From Haliotis rubra (Eukaryota), in the NCBI RefSeq assembly GCF_003918875.1, contig NW_025767093.1:682001-746000 (forward strand): a DNA stretch of 64,000 nt. The letters are read 5' to 3'. Below the pieces are notes generated by a model. The model did no database searches. It was not told the origin of the DNA and saw only the letters and a list, made by a program, of their open reading frames with translations. Both the position numbers and the translations under genes were made by a program. Positions 49,699 to 63,100 of this stretch are shown here, piece by piece. The number at the start of each line of letters is the position of its first letter. Within the stretch, counting starts at the first letter, position 1.

Positions 49699-49789
49699 AT
49701 GCAGACATTACTCTTGGTCACTGTGTGTGCATGTGTGTTTGGCGCCAACAGCAACAACCCCACAAGTGATGCCAAACTGTGTGTAGACG
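49699..49789 (+). CDS. Candidate coding exon 1 of a small secreted peptide (signal peptide MQTLLLVTVCACVFG + ANSNNPTSDAKLCVD)
   Basis: Acceptor TTGTTTTACCATTGACAG ending at 49648; ATG at 49699; hydrophobic leader; phase-1 donor G/GTGATT at 49790. Confidence 0.45.
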
Positions 49790-49917
49790 GTGATTGACTG
49801 TAGCAGTGATATAGTCTGTTTGGCCAGAGATGATAACCACCCGAGCGTTGATGTACATAAGGGAAGCGTTTTAACACCCATGCGATAGATACTATACTTG
49901 AATCTATTTTATTTGCA

Positions 49918-50085
49918 GGGGTGGGGTAGCCTAGTGGTTAAAGTGTTGGCTCGTCACGCCGAACACCCGGGTTCGAATCCCCACATGGGTACAATGTGTG
50001 AAGCCCATTTCTGGTGTCCCCCCGCCGTGATATTGCTGGAATATTGCTAAGAGTGGCGTAAAACCAAACTCAGTCAGTCAGTCAG
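49918..50085 (+). mobile_element. Young SINE family A with 13-bp TSD
   Basis: TSD TATTTTATTTGCA at 49905-49917 and 50086-50098; (TCAG)n tail. Confidence 0.95.
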
Positions 50086-51155
50086 TATTTTATTTGCAAT
50101 GCGTACATTCGGTTATATTGAAACATTCTGACTTCAGTTTGTTTTCATATTGCAACTTCTGTAAAATATTTTCACTTTTCTTATTGCTTTCCCTTCAATA
50201 AGTACCAGGTCTATTGATACAAATTTCGTTTTTGCGATGAGTCCGATAGGTCAGAGACCAAGCCGTGGCCTCTCAGTCCGTCCAACCATAGGACTTATGG
50301 CCAAAGTTGGAAGATCAAGTATACGTTTGTTGATTTGTAATGTACATAAAACAATCCAAACTCATCCCTCCTTATGCAGTCACCTTTTACGAAAATAAAC
50401 ATCCTTCAGGACAGATTATCTGAGTTTGGTTTAAGATTATTATACACGGCCATTTGTGAAACCGTTTTATCGGAGCTCATATGCATCTCATACAATATAC
50501 TTGCGGTGGTGCTGTGCCCAGGGCTGCTCCACACGGACTGGCTAATTAAATATGTAAGTTGCATCTACCTGGCTTTACTTGTCACTTGCAATACATGTCA
50601 ACGCCCTGCCCTAACAAGGGTTGCCTTGTGTCGGAGCACACCATGGCGATGTTGAAAGTGGACAATAAATGTATTGTTTCTTTGGTATTATTACTCTGTG
50701 GCGTGCTTCTGCATGACTTGGCTGTCATTGGTGGAATGGTGTACAATGAGTCGGCCTTTTCTTTGGCCGGGATAAGGTGTGTTTGAGTCTACAGTGCTAA
50801 TCCCCTCCATCCAAATATCTCCTTTATTAAGAAACGTATACGATAGGATTAGATATGCTTCTTTCCGTCTTTTGCTTGTCGTATGAAGCGATTGATATAT
50901 ATCGTGGCCAGACTTGGTTGAAATCGCTCCAGTGTATTATTTACTTGAAATATAGTGATGGAATATAGTGATGAAATATAGTGATGAAATATAGTGTTTA
51001 TATGTAAACTTATTAATCTGTATTTCACTCCTGTGATATGACACTGTATGCGGGAACTACTTTTTTTTGTCTGTTTCAGTGACAATGGTGTAGCTTCTTC
51101 GTAGATAAAATCATTACAGATAGTTTGTTTGTCTTTCAGTCGTTTGTTATGTAGC

Positions 51156-51316
51156 TGGGGGGGTAGCCTTATGGTTAAGGCATTCGCTCGTCAATCTGAA
51201 GTTCCGGGTTCGATTCCCCACATCGGTACAATGTGTAAAGCCCATTTCAGGTGTCCCTCGCCGTGGTTTTGCTGGAATATTGCTAAAGCGGCGTAAAACT
51301 AAACTCATTCACTCAC
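51156..51316 (+). mobile_element. SINE family A
   Basis: A/B boxes, body and tail. Confidence 0.9.
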
Positions 51317-51352
51317 TTTTATATAGCTATGTTATCTTTGATTAATTTACAG

Positions 51353-51432
51353 GTCGACCTGGCTACACACTTATTGCTGTCGAGGAAGGAGTTCGATGTT
51401 ATCGTGTGTTTGGCTCTTGCATTGGTTGTTGA
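51353..51432 (+). CDS. Candidate terminal coding exon of the small secreted peptide (GRPGYTLIAVEEGVRCYRVFGSCIGC*)
   Basis: Acceptor TCTTTGATTAATTTACAG ending at 51352; phase-1 compatible with the exon ending at 49789; downstream AATAAA at 52643. Confidence 0.4.
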
Positions 51433-51558
51433 GTATATATACCAAAGACCAAACTGACCAGCACGTGTTTTGTCAGGAGTTTGGTAGGGACGTGTTTGTG
51501 ATACCTCTGTTTCTTGATACGAGTACATTCAGAGGATGTGTTGTGTTTGGTGTGTTGT

Positions 51559-52546
51559 CCACAACCGTTACAGGTATTCAAGACAAACTGTTTCACAACC
51601 ATTACAGGTATTCAAGACAAACTGTTCCACAACCGTTACAGGTATTCAAGACAAACTGTTCCACAACCGTTACAGGTATTCAAGACAAACTGTACCACAA
51701 CCGTTACAGGTATTCAAGACAAACTGTTCCACAACCATTACAGGTATTCAAGACAAACTGTACCACAACCGTTACAGGTATTCAAGACAAACTGTTCCAC
51801 AACCGTTACAGGTATTCAAGACAAACTGTTCCACAACCGTTACAGGTATTCAAGACAAACTGTTCCACAACCGTTACAGGTATTCAAGACAAACTGTTCC
51901 ACAACCGTTACAGGTATTCAAGAGAAACTGTACCACAACCGTTACAGGTATTTAAGACAAACTGTACCACAACCGTTACAGGTATTCAAGACAAACTGTT
52001 CCACAACCGTTACAGGTATTTAAGACAAACTGTACCACAACCGTTACAGGTATTCAAGACAAACTGTTCCACAACCGTTACAGGTATTCGAGACAAACTG
52101 TTCCACAACCGTTACAGGTATTCAAGAGAAACTGTACCACAACCGTTACAGGTATTCAAGACAAACTGTACCACAACCGTTACAGGTATTCAAGACAAAC
52201 CGTTCCACAACCGCTACAGGTATTCAAGACAAACTGTTCCACAACCGTTACAGGTATTCAAGAGAAACTGTTCCACAACCGTTACAGGTATTCAAGAGAA
52301 ACTGTTCCACAACCGTTACAGGTATTCAAGAGAAACTGTTCCACAACCGTTACAGGTATTCAAGAGAAACTGTTCCACAACCGTTACAGGTATTCAAGAC
52401 AAACCGTTCCACAACCGTTACAGGTATTCAAGACAAACTGTTCCACAACCGTTACAGGTATTCAAGAGAAACTGTTCCACAACCGTTACAGGTATTCAAG
52501 AGAAACTGTTCCACAACCGTTACAGGTATTCGAGACAAACTGTACC
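51559..52546. repeat. 34-bp minisatellite (CCACAACCGTTACAGGTATTCAAGACAAACTGTT), ~29 copies
   Basis: Tandem units; explains the 406-aa pseudo-ORF. Confidence 0.97.
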
Positions 52547-52714
52547 TCAACAGTTTTGCTTACATTTCCTCAAGTCTGACTATTCCCGGAATGACACTGG
52601 TGTTTTCAGAGCATGATTATAAATCACAGTTAACAATTGAATAATAAACATTTGTCATTCTTGGCAGATAATATGTTATCTCATTTCTTGACCTGACGGC
52701 GATAGAATTTGCAC

Positions 52715-52850
52715 TCGTGATTTCGTATCCCAAAATCGTAGATCGATGCTCATGATGTTGATCACTGGATTGTCTGGTCCAGAATCGATTATTTACAAAC
52801 CGCCGCCATACAGCTGGCTATTGCAGTGTGCGGCGTTGAACAAAAAAAAA
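52715..52850 (+). mobile_element. Retroposon family B, 3' half
   Basis: CGTAGATCGATGCTCATGATGTTGATCACTGGATTGTCTGGTCCAGA..GTGCGGCGTTGAAC. Confidence 0.85.
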
Positions 52851-53125
52851 GAAGTATGGCCGTAGTAGAGCCGTCCCTAGGGAGTGAATGAGTGAGTGAG
52901 TGAGTGGGTGGTTGGGTGAGTGAGTGAGTGACATTTAATCCTCTTGTACGACAAGCATAACGATGTTTACCCCCATTCCCAAGGGTACCCGATTACTATA
53001 TGGAGAATTGAACCCGGGTCCTAGGGAGGAGAGCCTGCACTTTAACCACTAACCTACTCCAACACTTTCCGGGGAAAACTGGAGGCGACGGTCCTCGAAA
53101 TGTGTCCATGTAATTGAAGCGCTCT

Positions 53126-53668
53126 CCTTGTCCTAACGTATAGTCCACACATTTAGACGTACCTTGTCCTAACGTATAGTCCACGCATTTAGACGTACCT
53201 TGTCCTAACGTATAGTCCACGCATTTAGACGTACCTTGTCCTAACGTATAGTCCACACATTTAGACGTACCTTGTCCTAACGTATAGTCCACACATTTAG
53301 ACGTACCTTGTCCTAACGTATAGTCCACACATTTAGACGTACCTTGTCCTAACGTATAGTCCACACATTTAGACGTACCTTGTCCAAACGTATAGTCCAC
53401 ACATTTATACGTACCTTGTCCTAACGTATAGTCCACACATTTAGACGTACCTTGTCCAAACGTATAGTTCACACATTTAGACGTACCTTGTCCAAACGTA
53501 TAGTCCACACATTTATACGTACCTCGTCCTAACGTATAGTCCACACATTTAGACGTACCTTGTCCAAACGTACAGTCCACACATTAATACGTACTTCGTC
53601 CTAACGTATAGTCCACACATTTAGACGTACCTTGTCCTAACGTATAGTCCACACATTTAGACGTACCT
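53126..53668. repeat. 36-bp minisatellite (CCTTGTCCTAACGTATAGTCCACACATTTAGACGTA), ~15 copies
   Basis: Tandem units read directly. Confidence 0.96.
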
Positions 53669-56600
53669 TCGTCTCTCTTTGGTCGAACTCTCTGACATGT
53701 AGTCAAAAAAAACCCCGAGCAATTAGGTTCACCCAAATGCCAACATTCTGTTTGTCGTGTTTATGACCGGACTGCACCCTCGAGTGTTCTACATCTCTGC
53801 TCTTCACGAACAGCGTACGGCTGGTGGGTTTCCCCGTACAGACTTCCACGCAGTCGCCAACGACGGCGTAAACAAGACTGCAACACCCACTGCCGCTCGT
53901 GAGGTCGGAGTCACGTGGGACTTAGGTATTCAAGGTCACGTAATTTGAAAGCTATTTTGTGGGTTGTATTTTCAATAGGATCTATTTTCAACTGAATTAA
54001 AAAGTTGAAAAACAAGACAAAATACACATCAGGTAAAACCAGTCTGTCAAACCGTCTGTTTAAAAGGGTGGTGTGACTGTTTAAATTATACGGACTTAAC
54101 TCCTAGATATACATACAAAAATGTGCGTGCGTGCGTGGGTGCGTGCGTGCGCGTGTGAGTAAGAGTCCTTGTTCGGAATAATGCTCGTTTTACGAATAAA
54201 TACAGTCCTGGACGATACCTAACGTGGAAGCTGGATTTAGAAGTTTGAAGAGAAAAGAGATAAGAATTTGAATGTTAATGGATTAAATTTAAAGATAACA
54301 AGATGTATATTCAAAGCGACATATAGGCAGACAAACGAGAATTGATTTTGGCCGAAGAGAATGATTAAATTAAAGATCGGAGGACGAAGTAGTTTGAGTT
54401 ATTGAATTGATGAAAAAATAACTTTATACAATATTAGAATCTTCTCCTTGCCCACAATAACAAGAGTTAAACATGACAATCGATAGCTTTCTACACACAG
54501 GTGTAGACTTCCAGATGCCTCTAACAAGCAGTGAACACGCGACCTTGACCCCGACCCAGGTCCCGATCAACGTGGGACGAGGAAAGAGACAAACACTGGT
54601 GCCATGTATTCTGGTAGCTGACTCACAACACAATGTAGCATTGGAACCACCTGTTGGCAAGGTGATTACATCACGTGACAACAGCAGCCAGGTCTCATTT
54701 AAAAAAACATTTTACCCTCCCTGATTGGCTCCCCAGATCGGCGGCGACGTCATATGACGTCATGAATCACCCGAGAGCGTGGTCTCACGCTCAAACCGAA
54801 AGTTTTCAAGTAATCAGCGTAAACGGTCACTGCGTTGGACTAAGTACCACAATAACATTTGGAGAGGGATACTGTGATAAATATTTTCCATGCTTTCGTT
54901 AGAGGTTAATGCGAGTCGGGTTTTAACAAAATAGACTTTTTGTTGCTCTGTGGATGTAGGCAAAGCAATTGGCTTCCTTCCAGGAATGTCAACTTCCGGG
55001 TGTTGCTTTGTCTATAGCGGCAACCATCTGTGCAGAGAGCTGCTTGTCCTCTGGATGACGTTGACCCTGCGCCGTATACTGAGGCATGACTACTTGGAAT
55101 ATTCTTAGATGAATAACTGTATCGGGAACAGTTACATATGAATTGTATGTCTTCGTAACCATTTAGAGAAACAGTAACATATTAATGATCACTTGTGTTA
55201 ACGCCAATACTATACAAACTGTTCAACGTATCATCGTGTGTTTCGTAAAATACATTTCTTAAAGGATTTCTTTCATAAGAAGAAAGGTTTAGTTGTTGTT
55301 TCTAGCAGTGTGTATACATCATGAAGGACGGGTGTAGATATTGTTGACTTATAATTTCTTCCGAAATGTTCAAATTATTTGGAATGTGTTCGTTCATTTG
55401 ACGTTGCTTTCAGCTGGATAAATGGTTTGATTATCAGATCCATTTACATGTTTAACATAAAGATTTTAATAACGCGCTTCCCTTGACACAATATGTATTG
55501 AACACAATGATATTGACAATAATGAGTATTTAACACAATGGTATATGATAATTAAAAATATAATAACGATTATTCACCTGAATTATACACAATTCAATCC
55601 TCACGATCCAACACGAACCCATTGACAATGCTGATTATCAACATGAGGATATAAGAAGATGTCTATTCTGCGACTCAAGGATATGAAGAACACTATTTTT
55701 ACAACAAAATGCAGCAAATACGTAGTTTATATCTCAGGGATTCCTATTCTCTGAGCTAACACCGACTACACCTCAACTCCCACGACCAGTGAATAACATC
55801 AGCACAGCATGCCATGGAGGTAATAATAATGGTGGATATTTGTAAAGCGCCAGTGTCCACCCACTGTAGATCTGGTCGGGATACAAACATACCTCGATCA
55901 GGATCCGTGGACTTTGTCACAACCCACATTTCTAATTGTACATAGTCTGTAATTGAATCCAGGATCATATGTACATGATTGCAGTTAAAGACAAATCACA
56001 ATATCAAAATATCTCGCCTGGTTTCGTGATTATCGTCATATTTTCTTTCAGTTAATTCTGGCTCAAACAATAGTTTGGGTGAAAATCTGGAAAAAATGAA
56101 AGAACAAACCCAAAGCAAACAATCAAAAAACAAAACAAAAGAACACCAACAAAAAAAAACAACAACACGTGAAACAGAATAGAGAGACAGGTATCCGTCG
56201 TGATGTTCTTCCTTCTTATAGTCCAAATATAGACGACTGACTCACGTGATGTGACAATACGGTATGTCAGCGGGCGGTACCGGTGCTCGTGTTCGAGTTG
56301 TGGCGTATTTCAGTTCCAGGAATCGTATATTTGGCACAGGCACGTGGTTCTCACATCGGGGGCCCACGTGCCACTTCTATCATGATTCAGGCTCTATACA
56401 GAACGTCCCGGAAACAGTCGGTTGTATGTGCTATAATAAAGCATACAACTTTATGGATAAAATACTTCTGGTTTATTGCATAGAGCCACGTTTCGATGTA
56501 GATTTCACACCGTTATCAAGCTAAATGTGACTATACAACCAAGTATATACAAAGTATGTTGTATTCAGACATCAATTCATTGACTGAATTACGTGATGTT

Positions 56601-57148
56601 TTGTAGGAACTGCAATCCGGTCCATTTGAAAATGGATGCCCGTTTTCACCGATTTCGAACGACACACAGTCATGAAGCCAAAGAACTCTCCTTTGTAACA
56701 CGCCTTCTCAGATCAGACACCGAGCACAAGGGACCGTCTCAGCAGAATGTTTGGTATATAAATCCATCCGAATAATGCAGTTATGCATATTGAAATGTCA
56801 GTATTTGTAATAATTTAGCAAAATATTTCATAATTGCAGAAAAAAATTTCACTCAATATTTCATTTCAGGGGCTGTTATAGATTTAATCGTTTGATCTGC
56901 CCTTGACTGTTTATTTTGGAAACATTGGTAAGAGAAGTAGTCAGATAAACAAGAGAGCGCCGCCTGGAGGAACTCAGACAATGCTTTGATACCTTGGAGG
57001 CATTTGGATCGGTGGGTAAATACATGTGCTGCTATCCTAAAAAGAAAATAATTTCAAATAAATATATTCCTGAATTACCGTAAAACAGATTGTTGTGGGT
57101 TGCTTTAGTTGTAAATGTGGATGGAACAAGCTCAACTTGAACCTCAAG

Positions 57149-60100
57149 TGACATCCTTGTCAGTGTAGCAGGGTGTGGAATCATCGCAGAGATGACATCC
57201 TTACCCCGTCAGTGTAGGAGGGAGTGGTGTCATCCCACAGATGACATTCTTACCCTGTCAGTGTAGGAGGGAGTGGTGTCATCCCACAGATGACATCCTT
57301 ACCCTGTCAGTGTAGCAGGGTGTGGAATCATCCCACAGATGACATCCTTACCCTGTCAGTGTAGGTGGGAGTGGTGTCATCCCACAGATGACATTCTTAC
57401 CCTGTCAGTGTAGCAGGGTGTGGAATCATCCCACAGATGACATCCTAACCTTGTCAGTGTAGGAGGGTGTGGAATCATCGCACAGATGACATCCTAACCT
57501 TGTCAGTGTAGGAGGGAGTGGTGTCATCCCACAGATGACATCCGTACCTTGTCAGTGTAGCAGGGCGTGGTGTCATCCCACAGATGACATCCTTACCCTG
57601 TCAGTGTAGGAGGGAGTGGTGTCATCCCACAGATGACATCCTAACCTTGTCAGTGTAGGAGGGTGTGGAATCATCGCACAGATGACATCCTTACCCTGTC
57701 AGTGTAGGAGGGAGTGGTGTCATCCCACAGATGACATCCTAACCTTGTCAGTGTAGGAGGGTGTTGAATCATCGCACAGATGACATCCTTACCCTGTCAG
57801 TGTAGGAGGGAGTGGTGTCATCCCACAGATGACATCCTAACCTTGTCAGTGTAGCAGGGTGAGGAATCATCCCACAGATGACATCCTTACCCTGTCAGTG
57901 TAGGAGGGAGTGGTGTCATCCCACAGATGACATTCTTACCCTGTCAGTGTAGCAGGGTGAGGAATCATAGCAGAGATGACATCCTTACCTTGTCAGTGTA
58001 GGAGGGAGTGGTGTCATCTCACAGATGACATTCTTACCCTGTCAGTGTAGCAGGGTGAGGAATCATCGCAGAGATGACATGCTTACTTTGTCAGTGTAGG
58101 AGGGAGTGGTGTCATCCCACAGATGACATTCTTACCCTGTCAGTGTAGGAGGGAGTGGTGTCATTCCACAGATGACATTCTTACCTTGTCAGTGTAGGAG
58201 GGAGTGGTGTCATTCCACAGATGACATTCTTACCCTGTCAGTGTAGGAGGGAGTGGTGTCATCCCACAGATGACATTCTTACCCTGTCAGTGTAGGAGGG
58301 AGTGGTGTCATTCCACAGATGACATTCTTACCCTGTCAGTGTAGCAGGGTGAGGAATCACCGCAGAGATGACATGCTTACCTTGTCAGTGTAGCAGGGTG
58401 TGGAAACATTCCACAGATGACATCCTTACCTTGTCAGTGTATCAGGACTTGGAGTCATCCCACAGATGACATGCTTACCTTGTCAGTGTAGCAGGGCGTG
58501 GTATCATCCCACAGATAACATCCTTACCTTGTCAGTGGAGCAGGGTGTGGAGTCATCCCACAGATAACATGCTTACCTTGTCAGTGTAGCAGGGCGTGGT
58601 GTCATCCCACAGATGACATCCTTACCTTGTCAGTGTAGCAGGACTTGGAGTCATCCCACAGATGACATCCTTACCTTGTCAGTGTAGCAGGGTGTGGAGT
58701 CATCCTACAGATGACATCCTTCCGTTGTCAGTGAAGCAGGATATGGAGTCATCCCATAAATAACATCCTTTCCATGTCTGTTTAGCAGGGTGTGGTGTCA
58801 TCCCACAGATGACATCCTTACCCTGTCAGTGTAGGAGGGAGTGGTGTCATCCCACAGATGACATTCTTACCCTGTCAGTGTAGCAGGGTGAGGAATCATA
58901 GCAGAGATGACATCCTTACCTTGTCAGTGTAGCAGGACTTGGAGTCATCCGATAGATGACATGCTTACCTTGTCAGTGTAGCAGGGCGTGGTATCATCCC
59001 ACAGATAACATCCTTACCTTGTCAGTGGAGCAGGGTGTGGAGTCATCCCACAGATAACATGCTTACCTTGTCAGTGTAGCAGGGCGTGGTGTCATCCCAC
59101 AGATGACATCCTTACCTTGTGAGTGTATCAGGACTTGGAGTCATCCTACAGATGACATCCTTACCTTGTCAGTGTAGCAGTGCATGGAGTCATCCTACAG
59201 ATGACATCCTTACATTGTCAGTGTAGCAGGTTGTGGTGTCATCCCCCAGATGACATCATTACGTTGTCAGTGTAGCAGGGTGTGGAGTCATCCTACAGAT
59301 GACATCCTTACCTTGTCAGTGTAGCTGGGTGTGGAGTCATCTCCCAGGTGACATCCTTACATTTTCAGTGTACCATGGTGTGGAGTCATCCCCCAGATGA
59401 CATCCTTACATTGTCAGTGTAGCAGGTTGTGGTGTCATCCCCCAGATGACATCATTACGTTGTCAGTGTAGCAGGGTGTGGAGTCATCCTACTGATGACA
59501 TCCTTACCTTGTCAGTGTAGCTGGGTGTGGTCTGATCCTACAGATGACATCCTTACCCTGTCAGTATAGGAGGGAGTGGTGTCATCGAACAGATGACATC
59601 CTTACCTTGTCTGTGTAGCAGGGCGTGGAGTCATCTCCCAGATGACATACTTACAATGTCAGTGTACCATGGTGTGGAGTCATCCCCCAGATGACATCCT
59701 TACATTGTGAGTGTAGCAGGGTGTGGAGTCATTTCCCAGATGACATCCTAACCTTGTCAGTGTAGCAGGGCATGGAGTCATCCCACAGATGACATCCTTA
59801 CATTGTGAGTGTAGCAGGGTGTGGAGTCATTTCCCAGATGACATCCTTACCTTGTCAGTGTAGCAGGGTGTGGAGTCATAACACTGATGAAATCTGTACC
59901 CTGTCAGTGTAGCAGGGCGTGGAGTCATCCTACAGATGACATCCTTACCTTGTCAGTGTAGCAGGGCGTGGAGTCATCCTACAGATGACATCCTTACCTT
60001 GTCAGTGTAGCAGGGCGTGGAGTCATCCTACAGATGACATCCTTACCTTGTCAGTGTAGCAGTGCATGGAGTCATCCCACAAATGGCAGGCTTACCTTGT

Positions 60101-63100
60101 CTATGTAGCAGGGCGAGGAGTCATCCCCCAGATGACATCCTTACCTTGCCAGTGTAGCAGGGTGGGGAGTCATCACACAGATGACATCCTTCCCTTGTCA
60201 GCATAGCAGGGTATGGAGTCATCACACAGATGACATCCTTACATTGTCAGTGAACCATGGTGTGGAGTCATCCCCCAGATGACATCCTTACATTGTCAGT
60301 GTAGCAGGTTGTGGTGTCATCCCCCAGATGACATCATTACGTTGTCAGTGTAGCAGGGTGTGGAGTCATCCTACAGATGACATCCTTACCTTGTCAGTGT
60401 AGCTGGGTAAGGTCTGATCCTACATATGAGATCATTACCTTGTCAGTATAGCAGGGTGGGGTCATCCTACAGATGACATCCTTACCCTGTCAGTATAGGA
60501 GGGAGTGGTGTCATCGAACAGATGACATCCTTACCTTGTCTGTGTAGCAGGGTGTGAAGTCATCTCCCAGATGACATACTTACAATGTCAGTGTACCATG
60601 GTGTGGAGTCATCCCCCAGATGACATCCTTACATTGTGAGTGTAGCAGGGTGTGGAGTCATTTCCCAGATGACATCCTAACCTTGTCAGTGTAGCAGGGC
60701 ATGGAGTCATCCCACAGATGACATCCTTACATTGTGAGTGTAGCAGGGTGTGCAGTCATTTCCCAGATGACATCCTTACCTTGTCAGTGTAGCAGGGTGT
60801 GGAGTCATAACACTGATGAAATCTGTACCCTGTCAGCGTAGCAGGGCGTGGAGTCATCCTACAGATGACATCCTTACCTTGTCAGTGTAGCAGGGTTTGG
60901 AGTCATCACACAGATGACATCCTTACCTTGCCAGTGTAGCAGGGTGGGGAGTCATCACACAGATGACATCCTTCCCTTGTCAGCATAGCAGGGTGTGGAG
61001 TCATCACACAGATGACATCCTTACATTGTCAGTGTAGCAGGGCGTGGTGTCATCCTATAGATGACATCCTTACCTTGTCAGTGTATCAGGACTTGGAGTC
61101 ATCCCACAGAAGACATCCTTACCTTGTCAGTGTAGCAGGGTATGGAGTCATGCCACATATCACATTCTTACCTTTTCAGTGAAGCAGGGTGTGGAGTCAT
61201 CCCACAGATGACATCCTTACCTTGTCAGTGAAGCACGGTGTTGTGTCATCCTACAGATGAGATCCTTACATTGTCAGTGTAGCAGGGCTTGGAGGTATCT
61301 CCCAGATAACATCCTTACATTGTCAGTTTAGCAGGGTGTGGAGTCATACCCCAGATGCCATCCTTACCTTGTCAGTGTAGCAGGGCGTGGAGTCATCCCC
61401 CAGATGACATCCTTACATTGTCAGTTTAGGAGGGTGTGGAGTCATCCCAGAGATGACATCCTAACCTTGTTAGTGTAGCAGGGCATGGAGTCATCCCAGA
61501 GATGACATCCTTACCTTGTCAGTGTAGCAGGGCGTGGAGTCATCCCCCAGATGACATCCCTACATTGTCAGTTTAGGAGGGTGTGGAGTCATCCCCCAGA
61601 TGACATCCTAACCTTGTCAGTGTAGCAGGGCGTGGAGTCATCCTACAGATGACATCCTTACCTTGTCAGTGTAGCAGGATTTGGAGTCATAACACTGATG
61701 AAATCTGTACCCTGTCAGTGTAGAAGGGCGTGGAGTCATCCTACAGATGACATCCTTACCTTGTCAGTGTAGCAGGGCGTGGAGTCATCCCCCAGATGAC
61801 ATCCCTACATTGTCAGTTTAGGAGGGTGTGGAGTCATCCCAGAGATGACATCCTTACCTTGTCAGTGTAGCAGGGCATGGAGTCATCACACAGATGACAT
61901 CCTTCCCTTGTCAGCATAGCAGGGTGTGGAGTCATCACACAGATGACATCCTTACATTGTCAGTGTAGCAGGCTGTGGTGTCATCCTACAGATGACATCC
62001 TTACCTTGTCAGTGTAGCAGGGCGTGGTGTCATCCTATAGATGACATCCTTACATTGTCAGTGTATCAGGACATGGAGTCATCCCACAGATGACATCCTT
62101 ACCTTGTCAGTGTAGCAGCGTGTGGTGTCATCCCAGAGATGACATCCTTACCTTGTCAGTGTAGCAGGGTATGGAGTCATGCCACATATCACATGCTTAC
62201 CTTTTCAGTGTAGCAGGGTGTGGAGTCATCCCACAGATGCCATTCTTACCTTGTCAGTGAAGCACGGTGTTGTGTCATCCTACAGATGAGATCCTTACAT
62301 TGTCAGTGTAGCAGGGCTTGGAGGTATGTCCCAGATGACATCATTACATTGTCAGTTTAGCAGGGTGTGGAGTCATACTCCAGATGCCATCCTTACCTTG
62401 TCAGTGTAGCAGGGCGTGGAGTCATCCCCCAGATGGCATCCTTACCTTGTCAGTGTAGCAGGGTGCGAAGTCATCCCACATATCACATGCTTACCTTGTC
62501 AGTGTTGGAGGATGTGGAGTAATCCCACAGATGACATGCTTACCTTGTCAGTGTAGCAGGGTGTGGAGTCATCACACATATCACATGCTTACCTTGTCAG
62601 TGTTGGAGGGTGTGGAGCCATCCCACAGATGACATGGTTGCCTTTTCAGTGTAGCAGGGTATGGTGTCATCCTACAGATGGCATCCTTACCTTGTCAGTG
62701 TAGCAGGGTGTGGTGTCATCCTACAGATGGCATACTTACCTTGTCAGTGTAGCAGGGTGTGGAGTCTTCCCACATATCACATGCTTAGTTTGTCAGTGTT
62801 GGAGGGTGTGGAGTCATCCCACAGATATCACATGCTTATCTTGTCAGTGTAGCAGGGCGTGGAGTGATCCCACAGATGCCATCCTTACGTTGTCAGTGTA
62901 GCACGGTGTGGTGTCATCCTACAGATGACATCCTTACCTTTTCAGTGTGTGGTGTCATCCTACAGATGGCATCCTTACCTTACCAGTGTAGCAGGGTGTG
63001 GAGTCATCACACAGATGACATCCTTACATTGTCAGTGTAGCAGGCTGTGGTGTCATCCTACAGATGACATCCTCACTTTGTCAGTGTAACAGGGCATGGA

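Noticed and set aside
50410-50553. Possible internal exon (CAG/GAC ... TAT/GTAAGT) between the two peptide exons
   Set aside because: Open only in phase 0; a phase-1 join hits a stop within four codons, so it is incompatible with the proposed model
59881-59910. CTGATGA hammerhead core in a 49-bp satellite variant
   Set aside because: No downstream stem II plus GAAA; it is a point-variant of the monomer
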